Made by a program: the position numbers and the translations under genes
Source: Bdellovibrionota bacterium
GTDB lineage: Bacteria > Bdellovibrionota > UBA1018 > CAIPTA01 > JAALKR01
Assembly (NCBI GenBank): GCA_965207455.1
Contig: CBDBMJ010000003.1
Coordinates: 160,001 to 224,000 of the forward strand
Reading direction: 5' to 3'
Length of the DNA stretch: 64,000 bases
In this document: positions 37,777-47,482 of the stretch, one piece after another
Position numbering within the stretch: the stretch's first letter is position 1
How the letters are laid out: each line of letters starts with the position of its first letter
The notes under the pieces: generated by a model
Seen by the model: the letters and a program-made list of their open reading frames with translations, nothing else
The model's database searches: none
What the model was told of the DNA's origin: nothing

Positions 37777-39417
37777 ATGTCTTACCTAGTATTAGCTCGA
37801 AAATATCGTCCCCAAAGTTTTCAGGAGCTTTTGGGTCAGGAACATATTACCCAAACCCTGAAAAACGCATTCCAGCAAAATAGGATTGGGCACGCCTATA
37901 TTTTTTCAGGCACTCGCGGCATTGGAAAAACAAGCCTTGCCCGACTCCTAGCCAAAGCCCTGCGCTGCGAGCACCCCGATGCCCAACCCGGCAAACCCAA
38001 GTACGGAACCTCTTGTAATACATGCCAGTCCTGTTCCGACATCACAAAGTCTGCCGCCCTAGACGTACTGGAAATAGACGGTGCCTCCAACAACGGTGTA
38101 GAGCATATTCGTGAGATACGAGAAAACGTCAAATTCTTTCCCTCCAACGGCACAACGAAAATATATATTATCGACGAAGTTCACATGCTCACGGGCGCTG
38201 CTTTCAACGCCTTACTAAAAACACTGGAAGAACCTCCGTCCCATATTATTTTTATTTTTGCCACAACGGAGATCCATAAGGTGCCGGCCACTATTCTCTC
38301 TCGCTGCCAACGCTTTGACTTAAAAAGAGCGCCCCAGTCTTTGATTTTTCAATTCCTCCAACTCATTACAGAAAAAGAAAAACTAGAGGCAGACCCCGGC
38401 GCCTTACAACAGATTGCCCAAAAGGCAAGTGGCTCCTTTCGGGATTCCCTTTCCCTCTTGGACCAAGTCATTGCCCACTCCCATAGTATGAGTGCTACCT
38501 CAATTACCGTAAAGAATACACAAGAGGTTCTGGGTATTGTCAGCCAAGAGCTGTTACAAGAAATATTTCATTCCCTAGTGAACAGCAATCCAGTTGCGGC
38601 TCTTATGCGTGTGCAAGATGCTTTTGAGTCGGGCATGAGCATGAAATCATTGGCGATAGCATTGGCTGAATATTTCCGTAATGCCGTTCTTATAAAATTA
38701 GGCGTTACAAAAAATTTACTAACAATTACAGACGAGCAAGCAGCAACACTTTCCAAAAGTCTGGGCGACACACAGGAAACCCTACAAGCGAGTTTTGAAG
38801 TGATCTCAAAATCCATTCCTGAAATTGCCCAAAGCCCCCTCCCAAAAGCCACCTTGGAAATGGCATTGATTCGAGTCTCTCAGTTAGGATCTTTGACCAG
38901 TGTAGCTGCTCTATTGGATCGACTTGAAAAGATGGAGAAAAACACGGCTGTACATGCTCCAGTCCCCATCGAGACTCCAGTCCCCACCGAGACTAGTCCT
39001 TGCCCACCCTCCAGCCATCCCCTCCAATGGGCACACTTTGTACAGTTTGCTCTCCAAAAACAGGCGAAGGTGGGAAGCCTACTGGAGCACGCCACACCCG
39101 TAACTCCCATAGAGGAATGGAAAAGCCAGCAAACCCTCCAAATAGGCTTTTTCCAGTCCTTTTATTACCAACAGGCAAAGGCTAGGAATAAAGAGTTAAC
39201 CTCCTTGGTGCAAGAATACATTGGGGCAGAGAAGCTCTTGGTCATAGCAAAGGTCGACCGAACTCAAAAAGCTAAGCCCTCTATTGTAGCCACTGCTCAA
39301 AAAAGTCACGCCCAAAAAACCGACAAATTAAAAGAGAAATTTTTGCAGCAAAAAATCGTGCATGATACAAAAGAGATACTAAACACAAAAATGATAGACT
39401 TTAGAGTAAAGGAGTAA
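37777..39417 (+). CDS. dnaX: DNA polymerase III gamma/tau
   Basis: LARKYRPQSF, GTRGIGKT, EIDGASN, IIDEVHML, LKTLEEPP and SRCQRF. Confidence 0.96.
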   Translation: MSYLVLARKYRPQSFQELLGQEHITQTLKNAFQQNRIGHAYIFSGTRGIGKTSLARLLAKALRCEHPDAQPGKPKYGTSCNTCQSCSDITKSAALDVLEIDGASNNGVEHIREIRENVKFFPSNGTTKIYIIDEVHMLTGAAFNALLKTLEEPPSHIIFIFATTEIHKVPATILSRCQRFDLKRAPQSLIFQFLQLITEKEKLEADPGALQQIAQKASGSFRDSLSLLDQVIAHSHSMSATSITVKNTQEVLGIVSQELLQEIFHSLVNSNPVAALMRVQDAFESGMSMKSLAIALAEYFRNAVLIKLGVTKNLLTITDEQAATLSKSLGDTQETLQASFEVISKSIPEIAQSPLPKATLEMALIRVSQLGSLTSVAALLDRLEKMEKNTAVHAPVPIETPVPTETSPCPPSSHPLQWAHFVQFALQKQAKVGSLLEHATPVTPIEEWKSQQTLQIGFFQSFYYQQAKARNKELTSLVQEYIGAEKLLVIAKVDRTQKAKPSIVATAQKSHAQKTDKLKEKFLQQKIVHDTKEILNTKMIDFRVKE

Positions 39418-39421
39418 CGTT

Positions 39422-39754
39422 ATGCGAAAGTCCGGAGGAGGATTTGGAGGGAATATGCAACAGATGATGCAACAAGCCCAACAGATGCAAAAAAAAGTGC
39501 AAGAAGCCCAGGCAGCGTTGGCCACAGAGGAAGTGCAAGCCCAATCGGGTGGTGGAATCGTAAAAGTGACCGTCAGTGGAAACCAGGACTTACTGGATAT
39601 TACCATTGCCCCTGAAGCCTTAGAAGATGCAGAAATGCTCCAAGATATGGTAAAAGTAGCTATGAACAAGGCTCTAAAAGAGTCGAAAGAATTATCCGAA
39701 AAGAAAATGGGTGGCGCCATGGGAAACCTTCCCTTTCCCCCGGGGCTTTTTTAA
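39422..39754 (+). CDS. ybaB: YbaB/EbfC nucleoid-associated protein
   Basis: MMQQAQQMQ, SGGGIVKVTVSG; between dnaX and recR. Confidence 0.93.
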   Translation: MRKSGGGFGGNMQQMMQQAQQMQKKVQEAQAALATEEVQAQSGGGIVKVTVSGNQDLLDITIAPEALEDAEMLQDMVKVAMNKALKESKELSEKKMGGAMGNLPFPPGLF

Positions 39755-39760
39755 GCAGTT

Positions 39761-40357
39761 ATGGACTACTTAAACCAGTTGGTTCATGAGTTATCAAAAC
39801 TCCCTGGCATTGGACCAAAATCAGCAACTCGTCTCACCTACCATTTATTAAATACGAACAAGGAGAGTATCGAGCGACTATCCCACACTTTGATTGCTGC
39901 CAAGGAAAATACCCGTTTATGCGATGAGTGCCATACCTATACGCAAACACAACTTTGTAGCATTTGTGAAAAAACAAATCGAAGCAAACATCAAATTATT
40001 GTTGTGGAACGTCCCTGCGATGCAGACGCCATTGAAAATACCCACCACTTTCTCGGCACCTACCATGTACTCCACGGCTTGCTTTCTCCCATGGACGGCA
40101 TCGGTCCCCAGCAGTTGAAATGCAAGGAGCTCATCCAAAGAATTTCCAAGCTGGAACAAACACAGGAGATAGAAATTATTTTAGCTATAAACCCTAGTAT
40201 AGAGGGAGAGGCCACCTGCCTGTACATAAAACAGATACTGAACTCTCCCATAAAAATTACTCGAATTGCGTACGGCTTACCCATGGGAGGAGCTTTAGAG
40301 TATGCGGATCAAATGACGATTACAAAAGCGTTGGATAATCGTGTGCAATATAAATAA
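39761..40357 (+). CDS. recR: Recombination mediator RecR
   Basis: LPGIGPKSA, C4 zinc finger, YHVLHGLLSPMDGIGP and EGEAT. Confidence 0.96.
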   Translation: MDYLNQLVHELSKLPGIGPKSATRLTYHLLNTNKESIERLSHTLIAAKENTRLCDECHTYTQTQLCSICEKTNRSKHQIIVVERPCDADAIENTHHFLGTYHVLHGLLSPMDGIGPQQLKCKELIQRISKLEQTQEIEIILAINPSIEGEATCLYIKQILNSPIKITRIAYGLPMGGALEYADQMTITKALDNRVQYK

Positions 40358-40371
40358 TAGGAGGCCAAAAG

Positions 40372-41025
40372 ATGAGTTTTATTAATTACAAAAACATGGA
40401 AATCAATTGCAAGGTAGTTTATTTTGGTCCGTCCGCAGGGGGAAAAACCACCAACCTTCGTTATATTCATTCCCAAACCCATCCCGACGGTGCACTCCTT
40501 CCCATAAACACCAAGAGCACCCGTTTGTTTGATTTCCTACCCCTTGCCTTGGGAACACTCAACGGCTTCAAGGTTCGTTTTCACCTATATGCGGTCCCAG
40601 GACAGACTGAATCTGCCCACACCCATTTCCTGCAAAGTATCGATGGAATTATTTTTGTTTGTGATTCACAGGTAAACCGCATAGAGGCCAATATGGAAAG
40701 TTTTCATAACCTTAAGCAAACCCTGGAACAACAGGATTTAGATATACAGAAAATACCGTTGGTGTTTCAGTATAATAAGAGAGACATACCCAACATTTGT
40801 CCCATCGAGGAGCTTTCTAAAGAAATAAACAGTATCGAGGCGCTGGAATTTCCTGCAACCGCTACAACTGGTCAGGGCGTACTAAAAACCTTGGACTCGT
40901 TAACAAAAAGAATTGTTGGCGAATTGAAAAATCAAACTCAGCTTGTACAGCTCGAAAGTGAAAAAAAAGGGCCTCAACCGTTACCTAAGTTGAGACCCCA
41001 CAGGAAAGACTCCTTAACCGTATAG
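40372..41025 (+). CDS. mglA: MglA-like Ras-family small GTPase (divergent)
   Basis: MSFINY..EINCKVVYFGPSAGGKTTNL, FDFLPL, RFHLYAVPGQ and QYNKRD; follows recR. Confidence 0.88.
   Translation: MSFINYKNMEINCKVVYFGPSAGGKTTNLRYIHSQTHPDGALLPINTKSTRLFDFLPLALGTLNGFKVRFHLYAVPGQTESAHTHFLQSIDGIIFVCDSQVNRIEANMESFHNLKQTLEQQDLDIQKIPLVFQYNKRDIPNICPIEELSKEINSIEALEFPATATTGQGVLKTLDSLTKRIVGELKNQTQLVQLESEKKGPQPLPKLRPHRKDSLTV
40961..40998 (-). terminator. Intrinsic terminator of S8c (overlaps the mglA 3' end)
   Basis: A8-GGGCCTCAAC...GTTGAGACCC; paralogous to 42769-42819. Confidence 0.6.
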
Positions 41026-41041
41026 TTACCGTCCTTGGGAT

Positions 41042-42592
41042 CTATAGTTCTCCCTCAAGAGATTTCAGTATATTGAGTCGACCACCTGTAATTGTTTTAT
41101 CCTTCAAACTGGGAAGGCTGTCTGTGAACTTTAACAAACGTTCCCTTATTTCTAGATAAGTGGCATCTGGGTACTGCGACCAAAGTAGGGCCGCGGCACC
41201 TGCCACATGGGGTGCAGCCATAGATGTACCACTAAAGCTCTTATATTTTTCCCCAGGTACGGTGCTATAAACACCCACACCAGGTGCGGACAAGTGAACA
41301 GTCTTTAACCCGTAATCGGAGAAATTAGCCAGCCGATCCTTACTGTCGTTGGCTGCCACTGCAATAACGTTATCGAAATCCAAGCCATGGTTAGCTGGCC
41401 ACGATGATCTCCGATCATTGTTTCCGCCATCGTTACCTGCGGCTGCAATGAATAGTACGCCTTTTTCATGAGCATTTTTAATAGAACCTTCCAGCGCTGG
41501 ATCCTTTGGTCCCTTACCGCCCCAAGAGTTGGAAAGAACATTAGCTCCACGACTTACAGCATAGTTAATGGACTTAATTGCATTTACCGACGTTCCCTGA
41601 CCTCTGCTTGTTATAAACTTCAAGGCCATAATGGATACTCGCTGAGAAACACCTGAAATTCCCACTCCATTCTCACCTACAGCACCGATAACACCGGCAC
41701 AGTGGGTACCGTGCATATTATCGTCGAAGGGAAGATTGTCGTTATTCGTGAAATCCCATCCCACTACGTCTCCAACAACATCGGTGCCATCTGAGTTTAC
41801 TCCCGTTTCAGCAAAAGAACTTACGTTAGGATTTCTCCACATATTGAAAGCAATATCGGGATGATTATAGTCCACGCCTGTATCAATTACAGCCACAACC
41901 ACATCTTTAGATCCTTTGTTTATTTTCCATGCCTCGGTTGCTTGAATTTGACCCATTCCATACACGTTGCCCATGTTTGGATCTGCGCTAGCTTCTGGCT
42001 CCCCAGGTAGCGGTTCGATATCTGGACGATTTGGTGGTGGTCCGCCGCCGCCATCTTCACAACCCGGAGGAAAGGGAAAACCCGGAATCAGACAAGGTGG
42101 TTTTTCTCCTGGTGGTGGTGGGCTTCCGCCTCCATCATCGCAACCCGGAGGAAAGGGAAGACCTGGAATGGGACAGGGTATGCCTGCATGAGGTTCGTTT
42201 TCTTTTACCTCTATGGGAGATATTCTCCATATATAGTTGGGCTGGGCATATTCCACAGCTGGATTTTTTTCCAGTATTTCAATGAACTCTTCCACGCTGA
42301 ACTCTTCGTGGTTAAACGCTATGTGCTGCATTGTACCGTTTCTATTCATATCTTCAGGATTAGATATTTGATTAGCAAATAGCACACCCAAGCGATCATA
42401 CATATTGTTTGTAGACAGTAGAGAAAGGGTTTTGCTATTACGATACTTAACAATCACCTCTCCTTTTTTATATTCTCTATCGATAAAAGCCGACGCGTCG
42501 ACTCCCCACAAAAGCACAGCCATAATCATCCAGCCATGTAGTGCGCTTCCTTTCATAATGAACTTACTTATAGTTTTGATTTTCTTTGTCAT
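41042..42592 (-). CDS. S8 subtilisin-like protease with Cys/Pro-rich insert (S8c)
   Basis: VAVIDTG, HGTHCAG and SGTSMAAPHVAG; signal peptide and prodomain. Confidence 0.93.
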   Translation of the reverse strand: MTKKIKTISKFIMKGSALHGWMIMAVLLWGVDASAFIDREYKKGEVIVKYRNSKTLSLLSTNNMYDRLGVLFANQISNPEDMNRNGTMQHIAFNHEEFSVEEFIEILEKNPAVEYAQPNYIWRISPIEVKENEPHAGIPCPIPGLPFPPGCDDGGGSPPPPGEKPPCLIPGFPFPPGCEDGGGGPPPNRPDIEPLPGEPEASADPNMGNVYGMGQIQATEAWKINKGSKDVVVAVIDTGVDYNHPDIAFNMWRNPNVSSFAETGVNSDGTDVVGDVVGWDFTNNDNLPFDDNMHGTHCAGVIGAVGENGVGISGVSQRVSIMALKFITSRGQGTSVNAIKSINYAVSRGANVLSNSWGGKGPKDPALEGSIKNAHEKGVLFIAAAGNDGGNNDRRSSWPANHGLDFDNVIAVAANDSKDRLANFSDYGLKTVHLSAPGVGVYSTVPGEKYKSFSGTSMAAPHVAGAAALLWSQYPDATYLEIRERLLKFTDSLPSLKDKTITGGRLNILKSLEGEL

Positions 42593-42768
42593 AATAATCT
42601 CCTTATTATTATTTTTTTTTCTCTCAACTTTTATTAGGGACTATTTATACGAAGCGCTACAAGTTAAAAATACAAACAACCTCTGTGAAACCCTTACATT
42701 TTATATAATTATTTGCGCTGCATGGATTATAAAAAATACAATTGCGTACAGAGAGAAAACCCAGAAGC

Positions 42769-42819
42769 AAAAAAAAAGGCCCCAACCGCCCCAACTGTTA
42801 TTCAGTTTCGGTTGAGGCC
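42769..42819 (-). terminator. Intrinsic terminator of S8d
   Basis: A9-GGCCCCAACCG...CGGTTGAGGCC. Confidence 0.65.
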
Positions 42820-42853
42820 CACAGGATGGACTCCTAGTTACTGTTCTTGGGAT

Positions 42854-44398
42854 CTACAATTCTCCCTCAAGAGATTTCAGTATATTAAGTCGACCACCTG
42901 TAATTGTTTTATCTTTCAAACTAGGAATGCTGTCTGTGAACTTTAACAAACGCTCCTTTATTTCTAGATAACTGGCATCGGGGTAATGCGACCAAAGCAG
43001 GGCCGCTGCACCTGCCACATGGGGCGTGGCCATAGATGTACCGCTAAGACGCTTATATGTTTTTCCAGGTATGGTGCTATAAACAGCCACGCCAGGCGCA
43101 GACAAGTGCACAGCTTTCTTCCCGTAGTCAGAAAAACGTGCCAGCTTGTCCCGACTATCAGTGGCTGCCACCGAGATAACATTATCTAAATCCAAACCAT
43201 GGTTGGCTGGCCATGACGACTTTTGATCATTGTTTCCACCAGCGTTACCTGCAGCTGCAATGAACAGCACTCCTTTGTCACGAGCATTTTTAATAGATGC
43301 TTCCAGTGCCATGTCCTTTGATCCTCCAGTGCCCCAAGAGTTGGAAAGAATCTTAGCTCCACGACTTACAGCATAGTTAATGGACTTAATTGCGCCGGCT
43401 GTGGATCCTCGATTTCCTTTTGTTATAAATTTCAAGGCCATAATGGACACTCGCTGTGCAACGCCTGAGACTCCTATTCCGTTCTCGCCCACAGCACCAA
43501 TAATTCCAGCGCAGTGACTGCCGTGCATGTGATCGTCGAAGGGAAGATTGTCATTATTTATGAAATCCCATCCCACTACGTCGCCGACAATATCGCTACC
43601 GTCTGAATTTACTCCCGTTTGCATAAAAGAACTCGCTTTAGGATTCCTCCACATATTGAAAGCAAGGTCGGGATGATTGTAGTCCACGCCCGTATCAATC
43701 ACAGCCACAATCACATCCTTGGATCCTTTGTTTATCTTCCATGCCTCGGGCGCTTGAATTCGAGCCATTCCGTACACGTTGCCCATGTTTGGATCTGCAT
43801 CAGCTTCTGGCTCCCCAGGTAGCGGTTCGATATCTGGACGTTTCGGTGGTTGTCCTGGCCCTCCGCCGCCACCATCTTCACAACCCGGAGGAAAGGGAAG
43901 ACCCGGAATCAGACAAGGTGGTTTTTTTCCTGGTGGTGGTTGTTCTCCATCCTCGCAACCCGGGGGAAAGGGAATACCTGGAACTGGACAAGCCGCATAA
44001 GGCTTACTTTCCTCCACCTCTATGGGAGATACACTCCATATATAGTTAGGCTGGGCATACTCCACAGCTGGATTTTTTTCCAGTATTTCAATGAGTTCTT
44101 CCACACCGAACTCTTCGTGATTAAACGTTATGTGCTCCATCACACCGTTCATATTTGTATCTTCAGAATTAGATATACGATCAACGAACAGCACACCCAA
44201 GCGCTCATACATATTATGTATGGATGTTAGAGAAAGAGTATTGCTTTCACGATACTTAACAATTACCTCTCCTTTTTCATATTCTCTATCGACAAAAGCC
44301 GACGAGTCGACTCCCCATAAAAACATAGCCATAATTATCCAGCCATATAGTGCACTTCTTTTTATAATTAACTTATTTGTATTAATTTTCTTTTTCAT
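42854..44398 (-). CDS. S8 subtilisin-like protease with Cys/Pro-rich insert (S8d, tandem paralog of S8c)
   Basis: VAVIDTG, HGSHCAG and SGTSMATPHVAG; colinear with S8c including flanks. Confidence 0.93.
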   Translation of the reverse strand: MKKKINTNKLIIKRSALYGWIIMAMFLWGVDSSAFVDREYEKGEVIVKYRESNTLSLTSIHNMYERLGVLFVDRISNSEDTNMNGVMEHITFNHEEFGVEELIEILEKNPAVEYAQPNYIWSVSPIEVEESKPYAACPVPGIPFPPGCEDGEQPPPGKKPPCLIPGLPFPPGCEDGGGGGPGQPPKRPDIEPLPGEPEADADPNMGNVYGMARIQAPEAWKINKGSKDVIVAVIDTGVDYNHPDLAFNMWRNPKASSFMQTGVNSDGSDIVGDVVGWDFINNDNLPFDDHMHGSHCAGIIGAVGENGIGVSGVAQRVSIMALKFITKGNRGSTAGAIKSINYAVSRGAKILSNSWGTGGSKDMALEASIKNARDKGVLFIAAAGNAGGNNDQKSSWPANHGLDLDNVISVAATDSRDKLARFSDYGKKAVHLSAPGVAVYSTIPGKTYKRLSGTSMATPHVAGAAALLWSHYPDASYLEIKERLLKFTDSIPSLKDKTITGGRLNILKSLEGEL

Positions 44399-44581
44399 AA
44401 TAACCTCCTTATTATTATTTGTTTTTATTGTTTACAGCTTTAATTAAGAACCCTTACATTGCGCATGACAAGTCAAAAGTACAAAAAACTCCTGTAAAAT
44501 CCTTGCATTTAATATAATTATCTATACCCTGAATGGATTGTAGAAAATACAGGCACACAGCACACAGAAGTACCCACCTGT

Positions 44582-45248
44582 TTTCCTGTATCTCCAAACT
44601 ACTGTTGCGACCATTCCAAAACGACATATGCTTTCGAATCTGTTTGGCCTGTTGGAACTGCAGGCTATGGGAATGGGGGTCTCTCCATTACCCTTCCCCT
44701 ACGAGAGGAGGATGGAAATGGAAATAACTTTGAATACGAGTTCACTGTTTATTGGGGAGATGGTTCAGCGCCTCAGACAATCAATGCTTATAGTGCCACC
44801 ATCACTCACACCGATGCAAGTGCAGGGGACTACCTAGTTCAAATAACAGGCTCAAAGTTTCCAACTTTGGAATTTCGTGAGGCAAAAGATAAAGATAAAA
44901 TCATTGAAGTAAAAAACCTTGGAGACGTGGGCTGGAAAAGTTTTCGTAATGCTTTTTGGCTTTGTAAAAAGCTCAGCAAATTCACTTCTGGCAATACGGA
45001 CACCTCTCAAGTAACGAACATGAGTTCCATGTTTTCTGGCGCTCTTAGTTTAATCTCGCTTGATTTATCTGCTTGGAATGTGGGTAGTCTCACATCTGCA
45101 TCTGATATGTTTAAAGATACTTACCGTAACCTGGGGAGATAGTTTCACTGGTATTACTGGCGAGATGATCTTTACTGGCAGTAATCCTGATGTAACTATA
45201 ACTTGTTCTGTTAGTGGGGCCAATTTTTTTGAGAGAACCTGTAATTAG
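44582..45248 (+). pseudogene. DUF285/BspA-like surface protein relic (5'-truncated, frameshifted)
   Basis: Frame is open from 44513 with no start codon until TTG 44867: ...SITLPL...FTVYWGDG...ITHT..AGDYLVQITG...NLGDVGWKSF...DTSQVTNMSSMF...LDLSAWNV; the tail continues in another frame to 45248. Confidence 0.75.
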
Positions 45249-45407
45249 ATTATTGTAACGGATTATTTTTCTACACACGGTACTAGCGCTCCGATAAAGT
45301 GGTTTTTAATACTATTTCTTGTTTCTGTGGCGAAAATTCTCTTCGTTTCACAAATTGATTAAAGAATCCTTGGCCATCACCCGAAATCTTTATAGAGGTT
45401 CCGTTTC

Positions 45408-46835
45408 ATGCGCTTTATTATTTTTTTTCTTTCTTGTTTTGTCTTCCAAGCAAATGCTCAAACAGCTTGGAGCAAGGATTTTCATTTGTGTTTTTTCACC
45501 ATGAATAACGCCAAAGAATACAGAGTGGCTAAAAAGTTTTTTCAAAAAATTACAAAAACATATCCAAAACTACGCTTCCATGTAAAAGAGTTTCTGCCCT
45601 ACGGGGAGTATGCTCAATCGGGCTTCCGTAAGCTCTTGGACGAGGAGCATCCCTGCGACGGTTTAGTGTTATCGGGTCACCATCGAGCTCAGGGTTTTGA
45701 GGGAGAGCGTAGCGTGGGATACTTGCCCATACAACAATTAGAGCGATGGAGTTGCAGCGAGCGCTACCGCCCATGGTTTCATGGAATTAAAGCCATCTGG
45801 CTCCAGGGCTGCGCCACTGGGGCACCTTCTTGGGAGGAAAAGGGAAACTTCACCCGCGCCTATCAATTAATTTTTCCCAACGCAACCTTATTTACTTGGA
45901 GCGGGAGCGCACCCTCAGGTGTTGCTCACAAAACAATCCCCTATCATATAAAAAATCTGGAAACATTCTCTCAAAAATCAGAAAGCGTGGCCATAAAAAA
46001 TTTATTTCTAGGGAAGGACAGGACCACGGGAAAGGAAGCATGGCTGGCCCTTCGCCATCCCGTCTCCAATGAAAAATTTTTCAGCATTCATAATAAAACA
46101 GCTCAATCCTTCCTTCCCCGATCAGGCGCCAATGGGGAAAGGGAACTCACCTGCACTCTTTCTAGAAACAGCACTGTGGAAGAACGCTTTTCAAAAATTC
46201 GTAATTTATTTCATAAGCCAGAAATATTTCGACGACAGATGGGAAGGATTTTATCAGAGTTAAACTTGGCGAAAAAAAAATATCCCTCATACTACAGGAT
46301 TCTTATTGAGGAATTATCTTCACCTAGAAACATGGCTACTTTTGAAAAAATATGGAACAAAAAAATGGGAATTACGGAGCGCTTGCAGTTCTATCATTTT
46401 TATGTAGGAATCAACCAAGTGCACAATAAAAAGTGGAAATATTATTTACAAAAAAAAGCTCTCCAAGTATTTTCCAGTACGCTCAAGCACCTAGACCATG
46501 TGGAGCGAAAACACTGGAGAAGGAAAGTATCAGAAATACTACTAACAAAGTTTGAAGACAACACGATATTGCTGGATCCCAACAATCTTAAGACTATTGA
46601 AAACAATGAAGCTCTGTTAGCCTTATTAAAAGCCATGTTCCAAAGAAAAGAGTCCATCCTCGCCCAAGAAATTATTTATTCTATCTTAGAAAATCCCTTT
46701 ATCAACAGTAAAGTGCTCTACCAAGTTGCCTGGCAAACCAGGATCATGGGAACCTATAATCTTGAATACTTGTGGGGTATTATCACTAAACATGCCAAAG
46801 TAAACGACAAAATCATGGAGCTAGCTTTAGAATAA
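45408..46835 (+). CDS. Secreted hypothetical protein
   Basis: 475-aa ORF, signal peptide, CDGLVLSGHH and WLQGC motifs. Confidence 0.65.
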   Translation: MRFIIFFLSCFVFQANAQTAWSKDFHLCFFTMNNAKEYRVAKKFFQKITKTYPKLRFHVKEFLPYGEYAQSGFRKLLDEEHPCDGLVLSGHHRAQGFEGERSVGYLPIQQLERWSCSERYRPWFHGIKAIWLQGCATGAPSWEEKGNFTRAYQLIFPNATLFTWSGSAPSGVAHKTIPYHIKNLETFSQKSESVAIKNLFLGKDRTTGKEAWLALRHPVSNEKFFSIHNKTAQSFLPRSGANGERELTCTLSRNSTVEERFSKIRNLFHKPEIFRRQMGRILSELNLAKKKYPSYYRILIEELSSPRNMATFEKIWNKKMGITERLQFYHFYVGINQVHNKKWKYYLQKKALQVFSSTLKHLDHVERKHWRRKVSEILLTKFEDNTILLDPNNLKTIENNEALLALLKAMFQRKESILAQEIIYSILENPFINSKVLYQVAWQTRIMGTYNLEYLWGIITKHAKVNDKIMELALE

Positions 46836-46839
46836 AACC

Positions 46840-47481
46840 ATGCTAAATAGTATAAGAAAAAGAAAAACGTACTTAGAAATAGGCATTGCTGTACTTCTCT
46901 TACTCATTGTTATTACTCTATGCAAGCATGCCGGCGATGACTTGTATGATTACAAATATAGTAAAGATTCCACGCGATTTAACTCCTCTACTGTTATTGT
47001 TTGCTTAGCTGGAGGCAAAGGGCGGGTAACTGCGGCTATTAAACTCTATAACCAAGGCGTGGGGAAATCACTATTAATTATTGGCGTAGGCCCCCAGACC
47101 ACTCGAGAATCTATTATCAATAATTTATCCACAAGTATTAGGGAGCACTTAACTCCGGAGAGATTAGCAAATATCATAGTGGAAAACCAATCAAAAAATA
47201 CAATAGAAAATGCTCGTGCCCTTCAGCATCTCTTTGGCCAAACAAAAGACACGCAAAGCATAGTGCTAGTAACTTCCGGCTATCATATAAAGCGCGCCTT
47301 ACTTATTCTAAAAGAAACCCTACCTCAAACAGTAAGTATATATCCTTATATTCCCAGCGACACCCTAGACATGACTCCTGAAAATTGGTTTTACTCCTTC
47401 TATGGCATTAAAGTGACTATGATAGAAACGGCCAAGCTCCTTCTCACCAGCCTATCCTTCTCCCTATTGAAGACTCTATAA
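46840..47481 (+). CDS. YdcF/DUF218 (ElyC/SanA-like) membrane protein
   Basis: IVCLAGG..R, ENQSKNTIENA and LVTSGYHIKRA. Confidence 0.88.
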   Translation: MLNSIRKRKTYLEIGIAVLLLLIVITLCKHAGDDLYDYKYSKDSTRFNSSTVIVCLAGGKGRVTAAIKLYNQGVGKSLLIIGVGPQTTRESIINNLSTSIREHLTPERLANIIVENQSKNTIENARALQHLFGQTKDTQSIVLVTSGYHIKRALLILKETLPQTVSIYPYIPSDTLDMTPENWFYSFYGIKVTMIETAKLLLTSLSFSLLKTL

Positions 47482-47482
47482 A

